DNA of 64,000 nucleotides from Candidatus Omnitrophota bacterium (lineage in GTDB: Bacteria; Ratteibacteria; UBA8468; B48-G9; JAFGKM01): contig JAFGKM010000051.1 of NCBI GenBank assembly GCA_016928555.1, positions 2,315 to 66,314 of the forward strand, in the 5' to 3' direction. Shown here one piece after another: positions 1 through 10,554 of the stretch (its first letter is position 1; every line of letters starts with the position of its first letter). Under the pieces are notes generated by a model, which did not search any database, was not told where the DNA came from, and worked only from the letters and a program-made list of their open reading frames with translations. Both the position numbers and the translations under genes were made by a program.

Positions 1-1012
1 CCTCAACATTATACGGGTCAACCAGAATTGCGGCGCCGCCCGCCACCTCGGGCATTGAAGAGAGGTTTGACGTTATGACGGGACATCCGCATGCCATGGC
101 CTCAAGTATCGGAAGTCCAAAACCTTCATATAAGGACGGATACAGAGAAAGAGCCGCGCCGTTATAAAGATAAGGTATGTCATCAAGCGGAGTATATCCC
201 GCCAAAATTATGTCGTCCCTGATATCCGGCGGCAGTTTGCCGAGTTTTTCAAAAAAATCTTCATAAAGCCAGCCTTTCTTGCCTGCAATCACGAGCTGAT
301 AATCTCCAAAACGTTTTTTTATTTTTTCAAAACTTGAAAGCACCCTAACGATGTTTTTTCTCGGATGGAGAGTACCTACGAAAAAGATGTATTTCTTAGA
401 AATCTTGTATTTTTCAAGTATATTTTCCTTTTCCCCTGCATTTTCAGGGATGTGGAATATGTCAGCGTCCAATCCAAGATATATCACGCTTATTTTTGAA
501 GGGTCTACGGCGAAGTATTTCATAATATCATTTTTCGTGGATTCGGAATCAGCTATGAGCATATCGGATTTCAATATTGACTCTCTAAGTTTTTTTCTGG
601 TCTTTATGGACTTGCGGGGATAATGCCACTTATCGGTTTCGGGAACTACATGAATGAGGTCGTGGATGGTCGTAACGAGTTTTGCTTTCAGAGTTATGGG
701 AGAGGCCGGATGTGGTATGTGTATAACGTCGGCGCCGCCTGTCAGAAGCTCTAAGGGTATAAGTTTTTCCGTGAGTAAGCGGACAATTTCACTGGAGAAC
801 AGCTTTCCTGTAATACGGAAGTTCTTATGGCGTGAAAACCTTGATTTAATTTCCCTGTAATCTTTTATGAAATTGCGTGATTTGAAAAGATAGAGAAGAT
901 ATGAGTTTTCGTCATCGATTTTTGCCAGGTTGTGTACAAGGCTGTATGTATATAACGATATGCCTCCCTTGCGTTTTGAAGCAGCCATTCTGCAGTCAAT
1001 TGCTATTTTCAT
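1..1012 (-). CDS. Glycosyltransferase family 4 (partial, runs off left edge)
   Basis: Read manually: MKIAIDCRMAASKRKGGIS... start; later TIHDL, VGTLHPRKN and YPSLYEGFGLPILEAMACG GT-B motifs. Confidence 0.9.
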   Translation of the reverse strand, partial: MKIAIDCRMAASKRKGGISLYTYSLVHNLAKIDDENSYLLYLFKSRNFIKDYREIKSRFSRHKNFRITGKLFSSEIVRLLTEKLIPLELLTGGADVIHIPHPASPITLKAKLVTTIHDLIHVVPETDKWHYPRKSIKTRKKLRESILKSDMLIADSESTKNDIMKYFAVDPSKISVIYLGLDADIFHIPENAGEKENILEKYKISKKYIFFVGTLHPRKNIVRVLSSFEKIKKRFGDYQLVIAGKKGWLYEDFFEKLGKLPPDIRDDIILAGYTPLDDIPYLYNGAALSLYPSLYEGFGLPILEAMACGCPVITSNLSSMPEVAGGAAILVDPYNVE

Positions 1013-1940
1013 TTTTATGGTTTCTTTTCATTCTGCATTTAAGGAAAAGAAGCATTAAAAAAAGCCGCAGTTTTTTGCGGCGAAACATTCTTGTTCTACA
1101 TTCTTTGAGATGTTTTATTCCAAGTTTGAAATTGCCTGTCTCAATGCATTGTGCGACGGAACTCAGCCTTAATTTATTGGCATACTCTCTAATATAATCC
1201 CGCTTATCAGAATTTGCGTTGTCATTCAAAAATTTTTCAATGTTTTCCACTGCCCTGTAGCCGTAGATTGCCCTGTTGGTTTTAGAAACGCTCCCGGGAA
1301 TATCCATGTTATATAGCGCGCAGGGGCGTCTGCTGAAAACCACAGGATATTTGAGAGCAATTCTTACCCACATATCCCTGTCTCCGCCCTTGTTTACTCC
1401 CTCCGGGAACATCCCTGAAGAAGCAAAGACTGCTTTTGGTATTGCTGCTGCCGATGTGCATACAGGGGACGTTCCGTAGATGCACGACCTGAAATAATCC
1501 GGAACAATGCCTTCCCATCCGTTATCTTCCGGAATTTCTCTGATATCGGGGTTCTTGATTCTGCCGTCATTATATTTTCTTAAATATGCAGTTGCATAGA
1601 GACCCGCTCCGGGATACTTGTTTCTCAATCGCATTATTGTTTCAAGAAACTTTGGAGTCCACTCGTCATCGGCATCAAGGAAAGCGACCAGATTTCCAGA
1701 GGACTCTCTTATTCCCATGTTTCTTGCGGCATGGCCTCCCGGAGAAGGGGACGGCCTGTTGAACAGCTTTATCCCGCTTTTCTGGTACTCTGCGGCAATC
1801 CTTTCTCCTCCGTCGCTTGAAGCGTCATTCACTACTATAACCTCAAAGTCACTGAATTTCTGTGCAAGCACGGAATCTATGGCGCGGGCTATATACTCTG
1901 CCTTATTATAAAGCGAAATCACAACTGATATTTCAGGCAT
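996..1940 (-). CDS. Glycosyltransferase family 2
   Basis: ISVVISLYNK, VVNDASSD, ARNMGI, FLDADD (DxD). Confidence 0.92.
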   Translation of the reverse strand: MPEISVVISLYNKAEYIARAIDSVLAQKFSDFEVIVVNDASSDGGERIAAEYQKSGIKLFNRPSPSPGGHAARNMGIRESSGNLVAFLDADDEWTPKFLETIMRLRNKYPGAGLYATAYLRKYNDGRIKNPDIREIPEDNGWEGIVPDYFRSCIYGTSPVCTSAAAIPKAVFASSGMFPEGVNKGGDRDMWVRIALKYPVVFSRRPCALYNMDIPGSVSKTNRAIYGYRAVENIEKFLNDNANSDKRDYIREYANKLRLSSVAQCIETGNFKLGIKHLKECRTRMFRRKKLRLFLMLLFLKCRMKRNHKNENSN

Positions 1941-1950
1941 TTTTATTCCT

Positions 1951-2619
1951 TTATTTTAACCCATTGGCATAATCGCGAACGGCGTTTATTAAAGAAACAT
2001 CAAATTTTTCATTGTTATTATAAAATATAGCCCTTGTTAATTCCATTTTTTCGGCACAGAAAAGGTCTTTTCTTACATTTTCCTGATACTCCTTGAATTT
2101 CGCCGGTGTTTTCCTTTTCTTTCTTGGGGGCAGTCCTCTTATTTTCCTTCTGTTCTGCACCGTGTCAAAGTCTGCTTCAACAGATATGGTCAAGTCTGGA
2201 TAAAAGAAGTTTTTTTTAACTGAATCCGGGATTTTTGCGAAAACGAGCTTTTTAAGAGACAATCTTCTTATAATTGCAAACCATTTAAAAAACCCCTCGT
2301 CGGACAGAATAAAATTATAATCCAGAGTGCGTGCCTTTTTTATTTTTATCTGCACTATAAGCCACTTTTTTAACAGGGTGAACATGTGTTTCAAGTCTCT
2401 CGGAATATGGAAAAATATGAGATACAGGGAAGCTATAAAAGATTTTGGAGCTGTTAAAATAAAGACGAAATAATCGTGCAAGGGTACCTCGTAATCGGAA
2501 AGGTCAAAACATCTATAATCAGAGGAAAGATGTTTTAAAACCTCATTTTTAACATAAGTTTTGCCTGAACCGGATCTTCCGGCAAAATCTATTATAAAGG
2601 GTTTGGTTTTATGCTCCAT
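1951..2619 (-). CDS. P-loop (nucleoside monophosphate kinase-like) protein
   Basis: Walker A GRSGSGKT; later DEG and PDLTI motifs reminiscent of the thymidylate kinase fold. Confidence 0.6.
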   Translation of the reverse strand: MEHKTKPFIIDFAGRSGSGKTYVKNEVLKHLSSDYRCFDLSDYEVPLHDYFVFILTAPKSFIASLYLIFFHIPRDLKHMFTLLKKWLIVQIKIKKARTLDYNFILSDEGFFKWFAIIRRLSLKKLVFAKIPDSVKKNFFYPDLTISVEADFDTVQNRRKIRGLPPRKKRKTPAKFKEYQENVRKDLFCAEKMELTRAIFYNNNEKFDVSLINAVRDYANGLK

Positions 2620-2620
2620 A

Positions 2621-3682
2621 TTATTCTTTCAACAGCTCACCGTATACGCTCAGGGTTTTCTCCGTCATATGAGAGACTGTAAAGTTTTTAACCGCATTGT
2701 CAAAGGCGGCGTTGGCAATGGACGAGGCGGCATCAGGGTTGGTGAGAATAAACCGGATTCTGTCCGCCAGCTGGTCCGTATTGCCGGGCTCAACAAGAAA
2801 TCCCGTTTTGCCGTCTTCTATAAGTTCCGGCACGGCTCCGATGCCGGTGCCGATAACCGGCGTCTTTGACATCTGGGCTTCAGCCACGGTTCTTCCGAAT
2901 CCTTCCGGTTCAAGAGAAGGGACAACGAGAACATCCATGTTTTCAAGAGCTTCCCTTCCGTCCATGCGGACTATTTTTACGGCTTCGGCCATTCGGTTTT
3001 CCGATATCCGTTTTTCAAGTTCCGTCCTGTATCTTTCACTGCCGCTTCCTACTATGAGAACCTTGACGTTGAGGCCTTCTTCGCGTACTTTTTTGACTGC
3101 CTCCAGAAAGAAGAAATGCCCTTTCCATGTGCTGAACCGCGCAATCATTCCTATTGTCGGAGTTTCCCTGTTCGTTTTTTTAATGTTTAGGAAAGCGACG
3201 TCAATTCCGTTGTATACGACGCGTATTCTATCCTCCGGTATCCGCAGGTATTCCACCGCGTAGTTTTTCAACGCTCTGCTCACCGTTATCACCAGATTTC
3301 CTTTTCCGACGGATTTGCTGTACCATCGGGCGGTATGGAAATTGTGAATGCTGGTGACCCACGGCATTTCAGGGAACGATTTCATAACCCGGCAGGCAAT
3401 CCAGCATGGGAAGCGGCTCTGGGCGTGAAGGATGTCCGGTTTTTCTTCTTCTGTTATTTTTTTCAGGCGGCGGCAGGCCGAGAAAAACACGGCCGGATTT
3501 TTTCTCTCCATGGGAAGATTATGCCATTTAATCCCTTTTTCCTTTAATAGAGGGATAAACCTGCCGTTTCCGCTTACAACGACAACTTGATGCCCGAGTG
3601 CCGAGGCCTTCAAAGAAAAATCGTATACGCCTCTTTCTATGCCTCCGAAATCCATTGAGGGGAGAACTCTGAGTATTTTCAT
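2621..3682 (-). CDS. Glycosyltransferase family 4
   Basis: GGIERG, VVYNGID, KGH, EGFGRTVAEA. Confidence 0.92.
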   Translation of the reverse strand: MKILRVLPSMDFGGIERGVYDFSLKASALGHQVVVVSGNGRFIPLLKEKGIKWHNLPMERKNPAVFFSACRRLKKITEEEKPDILHAQSRFPCWIACRVMKSFPEMPWVTSIHNFHTARWYSKSVGKGNLVITVSRALKNYAVEYLRIPEDRIRVVYNGIDVAFLNIKKTNRETPTIGMIARFSTWKGHFFFLEAVKKVREEGLNVKVLIVGSGSERYRTELEKRISENRMAEAVKIVRMDGREALENMDVLVVPSLEPEGFGRTVAEAQMSKTPVIGTGIGAVPELIEDGKTGFLVEPGNTDQLADRIRFILTNPDAASSIANAAFDNAVKNFTVSHMTEKTLSVYGELLKE

Positions 3683-3686
3683 GGTA

Positions 3687-4703
3687 TTAAAGGTTGAAAA
3701 GGAGAGGCTGTTCTTTTTCGTCCATGATGAGCATGGCGGCTTTCAGCACCTGCTCGGGTTTGATTTTTTCAAGGCAGAGAAAATTTCTTCTGCAGTATTT
3801 TTTTGCCCTGCAGGGGAAACATTCAAGATTGCTGTGCACCACAATATTTTTTGTTCCAACGGGTCCGTACCTGTAGGGATTGCCGGGGCCGAATATGGCA
3901 ACCACAGGGCACTTTGCCGCTCCTGCCAGGTGCATATAGTCAAGACTGCCCGTGATTAGCAGGTCCGCCCTGTCCATAAGGGCGGCCGTTTCCTTCATGC
4001 CTGCGCCTGAATAATTGTAAACATGGCCGCCGCCGATGAGCGCTTTTATTTTTTCCGAGTATCTCCTGCTTTTTTCCGGACCGGCAAGGATAACCGTCGT
4101 TCCGTAAATTTCCATGAGCTCCTTAGCCGCCTTTGCGAATTTTTCGGCGGGCCACGGTTTTCTTCCCGCGTCCGCTCCCGGAGCAATGACGATAAATCTT
4201 TCCGAGCTTTTCACTCCGTCATTTTTCAGCCTCTCTGCCGCAGAATCCCTGTCCCGCGCCGTGACAGGGAAAAATACGCGCGGGGCGTCATCCCTGCCAA
4301 AGAAGGGTTCTATGAAATTCAGCGCAAGGTCTGACTCCATCGTGAAATTCTTGTCTGAGAAAAAATATTTCCAGAAAAAGGAAAGCCTGTATTTTCCCCG
4401 GAGGAAATAGGGCATGAGACGGCCTGAACCGAAGGACACGATTAAATCATATCTTCTTTTTCGCGCTTTTTTTAAAAACATGAAGGGGTTTCTGATGCTG
4501 TACGGGATGTAACTCCGGAAGAAAGGGTGTTCTGCGGCAAACTCAACCGCGGACGGACCTGCAACTATGTCCATCTCCGCCTCCCTGAAAGCTTCCTTTA
4601 TCTTTTTTATAGACGGAGTCAGCAAAAGATTGCGGGCAAGCGAATCCGAGCCGATGACAAGGATTTTTTTTATTTTAATGTCTTTAATATTTTTCGGGCA
4701 CAT
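3687..4703 (-). CDS. Glycosyltransferase family 9 (LPS heptosyltransferase-like)
   Basis: IAPGA..KPWP, MHLAGA, AIFGP, C-terminal CFPC..C..C. Confidence 0.8.
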   Translation of the reverse strand: MCPKNIKDIKIKKILVIGSDSLARNLLLTPSIKKIKEAFREAEMDIVAGPSAVEFAAEHPFFRSYIPYSIRNPFMFLKKARKRRYDLIVSFGSGRLMPYFLRGKYRLSFFWKYFFSDKNFTMESDLALNFIEPFFGRDDAPRVFFPVTARDRDSAAERLKNDGVKSSERFIVIAPGADAGRKPWPAEKFAKAAKELMEIYGTTVILAGPEKSRRYSEKIKALIGGGHVYNYSGAGMKETAALMDRADLLITGSLDYMHLAGAAKCPVVAIFGPGNPYRYGPVGTKNIVVHSNLECFPCRAKKYCRRNFLCLEKIKPEQVLKAAMLIMDEKEQPLLFNL

Positions 4704-5740
4704 TCTTCCGCCTCTCTGAGTTTATTGGATGAACGGCCGCCCGCCGTTTTTATCCTTTCATTTAGGGTATCAAGTCCGCATAATGGCAGGTATTCAGCAT
4801 AACCTTTTTCGGCAAATTTTTCAATAGTAAGGTCAAATATTAGTTTTCTCCGCTTCTTTCTTTCCACTCCAAGGATTATGACGGGTTTGCCGCAGGATGC
4901 GGCTTCAGAAATCATGTTTACGCTGTCTTCCGTGACGATTATAAGGTCGCAGAGAGACAGCATTCCGGGGTAATGCGACGTTTCGGAATATCCGGGAAAC
5001 TCGGAATATGCCGTTGAACGGCTCTCTTTCAAATAATTTTGAAGATAAAAGACAACTTCCATGCGCGTTCTTCTTGAGGTGGTATACAGGAAAACGCATT
5101 CTTTTTCATTTTTATGCAGTGCATCCAGAAGCTTTTTTATAAAATTCAGGGATATACCGTAGTTCTGGTCGTCGCCGCCGATGACAACCCCGACTTTTTT
5201 CTTGTCCGAGGGCAAGCGCATAATTTCTCCGAGCTTCATTTTTTCGTTCGCAAGAAAATCTTCGTTTATACGGTTGGTAGCTCCCATCGTTACAATGAGA
5301 TTGTTTAATCCTTTATTCTTTATTTTTAAATAATCGTGAAAAGGTATTACGAGAAAATCAAAAAATTTCAGGGGAACCATAGACGGCGTCATTATCTGGA
5401 CTGAGGCGGTTTTGTCGGATGTCTTACCCAGAAGGAGGTTTACCGGTGCAAGTACCGAGCCGGCGGAGATGATAATGTCAAAATTTCTGCCTGCGATTGT
5501 TTTTTGTTCTTTCAGCAGGCGCATCAACAGCTTTTCCCCGGGGTTCCACAGCCTCAGACAGCATAAGAACGAAAGCAGTTTTCCCGAAAGGGGATGGGTT
5601 CCTTTCCTTGACGGCAGGCGGTAGGAAGGGCCTTTCAGAGATACCCTGAATATCTCTGTTTTTCCCGCAAGGGCTTCCGCTATTCCCATCGCCTGGTTCA
5701 GGTTGCCTTTGATGCCGTCGTCCAATACAAGTATGTCCAT
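4670..5740 (-). CDS. ELM1/GtrOC1-family putative glycosyltransferase
   Basis: DGIKGNLNQ, PFHD, VIGG, TTSRRT, VTEDSVNMISEA. Confidence 0.85.
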   Translation of the reverse strand: MDILVLDDGIKGNLNQAMGIAEALAGKTEIFRVSLKGPSYRLPSRKGTHPLSGKLLSFLCCLRLWNPGEKLLMRLLKEQKTIAGRNFDIIISAGSVLAPVNLLLGKTSDKTASVQIMTPSMVPLKFFDFLVIPFHDYLKIKNKGLNNLIVTMGATNRINEDFLANEKMKLGEIMRLPSDKKKVGVVIGGDDQNYGISLNFIKKLLDALHKNEKECVFLYTTSRRTRMEVVFYLQNYLKESRSTAYSEFPGYSETSHYPGMLSLCDLIIVTEDSVNMISEAASCGKPVIILGVERKKRRKLIFDLTIEKFAEKGYAEYLPLCGLDTLNERIKTAGGRSSNKLREAEECARKILKTLK

Positions 5741-5766
5741 ATAAATATAGGGATTCTGGAAAGGCT

Positions 5767-5846
5767 AAATCCACCCTGACCCTCCTTTGCTAAAGGAGGG
5801 AAATTATTGTATCCCCCCTTTGGAAAAAGGGGAAATGGGGGGATTT
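5767..5846. repeat. 80-bp REP/MITE-like double-hairpin element (family A)
   Basis: aaatccaccctgaccctcctttgctaaaggaggg...cccctttggaaaaagggg...ggggattt; left half nearly identical to 37759-37794. Confidence 0.8.
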
Positions 5847-5867
5847 TTCCGCGTCACGTGTCATTAA

Positions 5868-6620
5868 TCAGCGGACTTCAAGTCCATGTTCCCTGAAGTA
5901 ATTTTTTATTTCCGCAATCGTGTATTTTCTGAAATGAAGGAGGGATGCGAGCAGTACCGCGCTTGCTTTGCCTTCCTTAACGATCGTTGACATATGTTCA
6001 AGAGTTCCAGCTCCTCCAGAAGCTATGACGGGAACGCGCACATTGTCGGCAACGGTTCTCGTCATTTGAATGTCGTAGCCTTTCTGCGTTCCGTCCATAT
6101 CTATGCTTGTAAGAAGGATTTCTCCCGCGCCCAGGCCTTCAACCTTCTTTGCCCATTCCTTGACTTCAATGCCGGTCGGGGTTTTGCCGCTTTCTATGCA
6201 CACTTCCCATCCGGAGGCGCTTTGTTTGCCGTCTATAGCCACGACTATGCACTGGCTTCCGAATTTTTCCGCGCCTTCTTTTATGAGCCCGGGGGTTTTG
6301 ACCGCGGAGGTGTTTATTGAAATCTTGTCTGCGCCGGCTTTCAAAAGTTTTTCTATATCCTGCAGGCTTGTTATTCCGCCGCCCACCGTAAGGGGTATGA
6401 AAACAACCTCCGAGACTTTCTTTACAACGTCAACCATTGTTTTCCTTCCTTCTATTGTTGCGCTGATATCAAGGAAAACAAGCTCGTCCGCTCTTTCCCC
6501 GCTGTAGAAAGCGGCGTGTTCAACGGGGTCGCCGGCTTCTATCAGGTTTTCAAAATGCACGCCTTTTACCACCCTGCCCTCTTTCACGTCCAGACACGGA
6601 ATTACTCTTATCGCAGCCAT
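5868..6620 (-). CDS. hisF: Imidazole glycerol phosphate synthase cyclase subunit
   Basis: [35 protein letters not shown]. Confidence 0.97.
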   Translation of the reverse strand: MAAIRVIPCLDVKEGRVVKGVHFENLIEAGDPVEHAAFYSGERADELVFLDISATIEGRKTMVDVVKKVSEVVFIPLTVGGGITSLQDIEKLLKAGADKISINTSAVKTPGLIKEGAEKFGSQCIVVAIDGKQSASGWEVCIESGKTPTGIEVKEWAKKVEGLGAGEILLTSIDMDGTQKGYDIQMTRTVADNVRVPVIASGGAGTLEHMSTIVKEGKASAVLLASLLHFRKYTIAEIKNYFREHGLEVR

Positions 6621-7228
6621 TTTCCCTCCAGAAAGTTTTTTAAGAAAAGGATGCCGGAATCGCCGCTTTTTTCGGGGTGAAACTGAACACCCGCAATGTT
6701 TTCCCTCCTGACGGCTGAAACAAATTCGTTACCGTAAAAAGTTTCCCCGATTATAACCCTTCTGTTTTCGGGAGCGGGATAGTACGAATGTGCAAAATAA
6801 AAATATTCGCAGTCAGGGATGTTTTTGAAAAGAGTTTCGCCGGGGGATGAGATTTTCACTCTGTTCCATCCCATGTGGGGAATCCTGAAAGCCCTGTCTG
6901 CAAAACTGAATTTTTTTACGCCTCCCTTTATCAAGCCGAAGCCGCCGCAGCTGCCTTCTTCGCTGTGGGAAAAAAGAAGCTGTAGCCCCAGGCATATTCC
7001 GAGGAAAGGCTTACCTTCTTTTATTCCGGTTATGAGAGGCTCGATTATTCCGGATTCAGTCAGGCTTTTCATGCCGTCGGCAAAAGCGCCCACTCCGGGG
7101 AGGATGACAATAGCCGCTTTCTTCAGGTCTGCCGCTTTTTCTATGACAAACGGCTCTTCGCCGCAGGTTTTCACTGCCGTAAAGACGCTGTGGATATTGC
7201 CGGCTCCGTAATTTACTATCCCTGTCAT
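6608..7228 (-). CDS. hisH: Imidazole glycerol phosphate synthase glutaminase subunit
   Basis: LPGVGAF, GICLG, PHMGWN, QFHPEKS; catalytic triad intact. Confidence 0.96.
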   Translation of the reverse strand: MTGIVNYGAGNIHSVFTAVKTCGEEPFVIEKAADLKKAAIVILPGVGAFADGMKSLTESGIIEPLITGIKEGKPFLGICLGLQLLFSHSEEGSCGGFGLIKGGVKKFSFADRAFRIPHMGWNRVKISSPGETLFKNIPDCEYFYFAHSYYPAPENRRVIIGETFYGNEFVSAVRRENIAGVQFHPEKSGDSGILFLKNFLEGKWLR

Positions 7229-7301
7229 GGTAGTTATGAAAATTTCAGTTATATGCAAACTTCGTTTGCGCTATACTTTGTTAGAAATGGAATTAATACA
7301 G

Positions 7302-10300
7302 TTATTTATTTAAGTCTGCGTGATATTCCTGGAGACTTTTTACGCTGATTTTGTTTTCTTTCAGTTTTTTTATCGCAACCATTGTGGCTTTTGCCCCTGG
7401 AATTGTCGTTATAAGGGGAATATTTCTGTTTACGGCGATGTCTCTTATGGAAATGATGTCTTTTTTCGGCTTTTTGCCGGAAGGGGTGTTGATTATGATT
7501 GAAATCTGGTTGTTCTTCATGAAATCAACGACGTTCGGACGTTCTCCCTCGTAAACCTTGGGTATTATTCTTGCCGTTACGCCGTTCTCGTTAAGGATTT
7601 TGCCTGTTCCTGAACTTGCGAGAATCTCAAATCCTATGTCCTGGAAGCCTTTTGCTATGGCAACTACGGCTTTTTTGTCCTTGTCTTTTACGCTTATGAA
7701 GATTGTTCCGGAAACCGGAAGTTTCTGCCCCGCGGCGATCTGGCTTTTAGCGTATGCCATCTCAAAGGTTTTGTCCATTCCTATAACCTCTCCGGTTGAA
7801 CGCATCTCCGGTCCCAGAACCGCGTCTACTCCGGGGAATCTATTGAACGGGAAAACGGATTCTTTCACCGCAAAATAGTTGACGGATATTTCTTTTGTGA
7901 ATCCGAGTTCCTCAAGTTTTTTCCCCGTCATTATCTTCGTGGCGAGCTTGGCGAGGGGGACGGCTATCACCTTGCTTATGAAGGGGATGGTTCTCGATGC
8001 CCTCGGATTGACCTCCAGCACGTATACCTTGCTGTTTTTGACGGCATACTGGACGTTTATGAGACCCTTGATTTTCAGCTCGAGGGCGAGTTTTTTTGTC
8101 GCTGTTTCAATCTCTTTCACGATTTTTTTGTCGAGACTGTATGTGGGAAGAACCATGGCGCTGTCGCCTGAGTGCACGCCCGCTTCTTCTATGTGCTCCA
8201 TAATGCCGCCTATGACGCACTCTTCACCGTCGCATATGGCATCTGCATCCACCTCTATGGCGTCCTCAAGAAATTTGTCTATAAGGACAGGCCTTTCCTG
8301 AGATACGTCCACGGCTTTTTGCATGAACGATTCAAGCGTTTCCCTGTCATATACTATTTCCATCGCCCTGCCTCCAAGGACATAGGATGGCCTTACAAGA
8401 ACGGGGTAGCCGATTTTTTCTGCTATTGCCGCCGCCTGCTCAAAGGATGTTGCCGTCCCGTTGGGCGTCTGTTTTAACGAGAGTTTTTCAAGCAGCTGCC
8501 GGAAGAGCTCCCTGTCTTCGGCGGCGTCAATGGCCTCGGGGCTTGTTCCGAGTATGTTGATTCCTTCTTTCTGCAGGGGGATGGCAAGGTTTAAGGGGGT
8601 CTGCCCTCCGAACTGGAGAATCACGCCTATGGGTTTCTCTTTTTCCACTATATTGAGCACGTCTTCAACGGTGATAGGTTCAAAATAAAGCCTGTCCGAC
8701 GTATCGTAATCCGTGCTTACGGTTTCAGGGTTGCAGTTGACCATGATGCTTTCGTAGCCGTCTTCCCGCAGAGAGAATGAGGCGTGCACGCAGCAATAGT
8801 CGAATTCAATCCCCTGGCCTATGCGGTTAGGCCCTCCTCCCAAAATAACAACCTTTTTCTTTTTCCCCTGAACTGCTCCGGAGTCATGTTTTTCATTGGA
8901 GGAATAATAGTAGGGTTTTTCCGCAGGATATTCGCCGCCAACGCTGTCAACCGGCTTGAATACGGATGCAATGTTCTCTTTTTTTCTTTTTTCCCTCACT
9001 TCTTTTTCGGAGGAGTTCATAATGAAGGATATCTGCCTGTCGGAAAAACCCGATTTTTTGGCTTTCTCCAGTATTCCCGCAGGCAGTGCGTTTACGCCTG
9101 AATACCTGTAAAGTTCTTTTTCCATTTCAATAATCCCTTTTATGTTGTGAAGAAACCACGGGTCAATTTTTGAAAGGCCGTAGATTTCATCAACGCTCAT
9201 GCCTGCAAGCATCCCGTAGCGCAGGTAAAAGAGCCGTTCATCGTCCGGGACGGATATTTTTCTCGCTATAAGCTCTTTCTCTTCTCCCGTGAATTGATGG
9301 TTTATGTCCCAGACGTCTTTTTTATCCGAACCGAGTCCGTACCTGCCTGTTTCAAGGGACCGCAGTCCTTTCTGAAGGGCTTCCCTGAAGTTTCTGCCGA
9401 TGGACATTGCTTCACCTACGGCTTTCATGGATGTTGAAATCGTTTTATCCGCCGCCGGAAATTTTTCAAATGTGAACCTCGGGATTTTAAAGACGCAGTA
9501 GTCAACGGTGGGCTCCGCAAAACAGGTTGTCTTTCCCGTTATCTGGTTGTCTATCTCTTCCAGCGTCAACCCTACGGCAAGCTTTGTCGCTATTCTCGCT
9601 ATGGGGAAACCCGTGGCTTTTGAAGCAAGGGCGGAGCTTCTGGAAACCCTTGGGTTAACTTCAATTATAACCACCCCGCCGTCTTCGGGGTTCACGGCAA
9701 ACTGTATGTTCGCGCCGCCTACAACGCCGATTTTTCTTATGATTTTCTTTGAGAGGTTCACAAGGTTTGCGTATTCTCTAAGGCTTAAGGTCTGGGCAGG
9801 CGCCACAACTATGCTGTCGCCGGTATGTATGCCCATGGGGTCTACGTTTTCCATGGATGTGACCATTATTACGCTGTCGGCGCTGTCTCTCATAACCTCA
9901 AATTCTATCTCTTTCCAGCCGAGGACGGATTGTTCTATCAGCACCTCGCTTATCGGACTCGTGTCCAGGCCGAATTCAAGCTTTTTTTCAAGCTCTTCAA
10001 TGTTGTAGGCGACGGAGCCGCCCGTCCCTCCGAGAGTGTAAGCAGGCCTAAGAACCAAAGGGAATCCGAGCTTTTTCCCTATCTCAAGTCCGTCTTTGAG
10101 GTTGTAGGCGAGCGCGCTTGCGGGAACTTCTATGCCGAGTTCGGTCATTGCGTTTTTGAAAAGCTCCCTGTCTTCCGCCATGGCTATCGCGGATATGTCC
10201 GCTCCGATTACCTCTACGCCGTATTTTTCAAGGACTCCCTCTCTTGAAAGGAAGGTTGCGAGATTCAGCCCCGTCTGGCCGCCGAGCGTGGGCAGAAGCG

Positions 10301-10553
10301 CGTCCGGACGCTCCTTTTCTATTATTTTTGCGAGGAGTTCAACCGTCAGAGGTTCAAGATAGGTTATGCCGGCCATTTCAGGGTCGGTCATAATAGTCGC
10401 CGGGTTGCTGTTCACCAGAAGCACCTCATACCCCTCTTCCTTCAGCGATTTGCATGCCTGCGAGCCGGAATAGTCAAATTCGCATGCCTGTCCTATTATA
10501 ATAGGTCCGGAGCCAATAATCATTATTTTTTTAAGGTCTTTTCTGTGAGGCAT
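7302..10553 (-). CDS. carB: Carbamoyl-phosphate synthase large subunit
   Basis: [35 protein letters not shown], duplicated ATP-grasp, MGS tail; 1083 aa. Confidence 0.98.
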   Translation of the reverse strand: MPHRKDLKKIMIIGSGPIIIGQACEFDYSGSQACKSLKEEGYEVLLVNSNPATIMTDPEMAGITYLEPLTVELLAKIIEKERPDALLPTLGGQTGLNLATFLSREGVLEKYGVEVIGADISAIAMAEDRELFKNAMTELGIEVPASALAYNLKDGLEIGKKLGFPLVLRPAYTLGGTGGSVAYNIEELEKKLEFGLDTSPISEVLIEQSVLGWKEIEFEVMRDSADSVIMVTSMENVDPMGIHTGDSIVVAPAQTLSLREYANLVNLSKKIIRKIGVVGGANIQFAVNPEDGGVVIIEVNPRVSRSSALASKATGFPIARIATKLAVGLTLEEIDNQITGKTTCFAEPTVDYCVFKIPRFTFEKFPAADKTISTSMKAVGEAMSIGRNFREALQKGLRSLETGRYGLGSDKKDVWDINHQFTGEEKELIARKISVPDDERLFYLRYGMLAGMSVDEIYGLSKIDPWFLHNIKGIIEMEKELYRYSGVNALPAGILEKAKKSGFSDRQISFIMNSSEKEVREKRKKENIASVFKPVDSVGGEYPAEKPYYYSSNEKHDSGAVQGKKKKVVILGGGPNRIGQGIEFDYCCVHASFSLREDGYESIMVNCNPETVSTDYDTSDRLYFEPITVEDVLNIVEKEKPIGVILQFGGQTPLNLAIPLQKEGINILGTSPEAIDAAEDRELFRQLLEKLSLKQTPNGTATSFEQAAAIAEKIGYPVLVRPSYVLGGRAMEIVYDRETLESFMQKAVDVSQERPVLIDKFLEDAIEVDADAICDGEECVIGGIMEHIEEAGVHSGDSAMVLPTYSLDKKIVKEIETATKKLALELKIKGLINVQYAVKNSKVYVLEVNPRASRTIPFISKVIAVPLAKLATKIMTGKKLEELGFTKEISVNYFAVKESVFPFNRFPGVDAVLGPEMRSTGEVIGMDKTFEMAYAKSQIAAGQKLPVSGTIFISVKDKDKKAVVAIAKGFQDIGFEILASSGTGKILNENGVTARIIPKVYEGERPNVVDFMKNNQISIIINTPSGKKPKKDIISIRDIAVNRNIPLITTIPGAKATMVAIKKLKENKISVKSLQEYHADLNK

Positions 10554-10554
10554 T

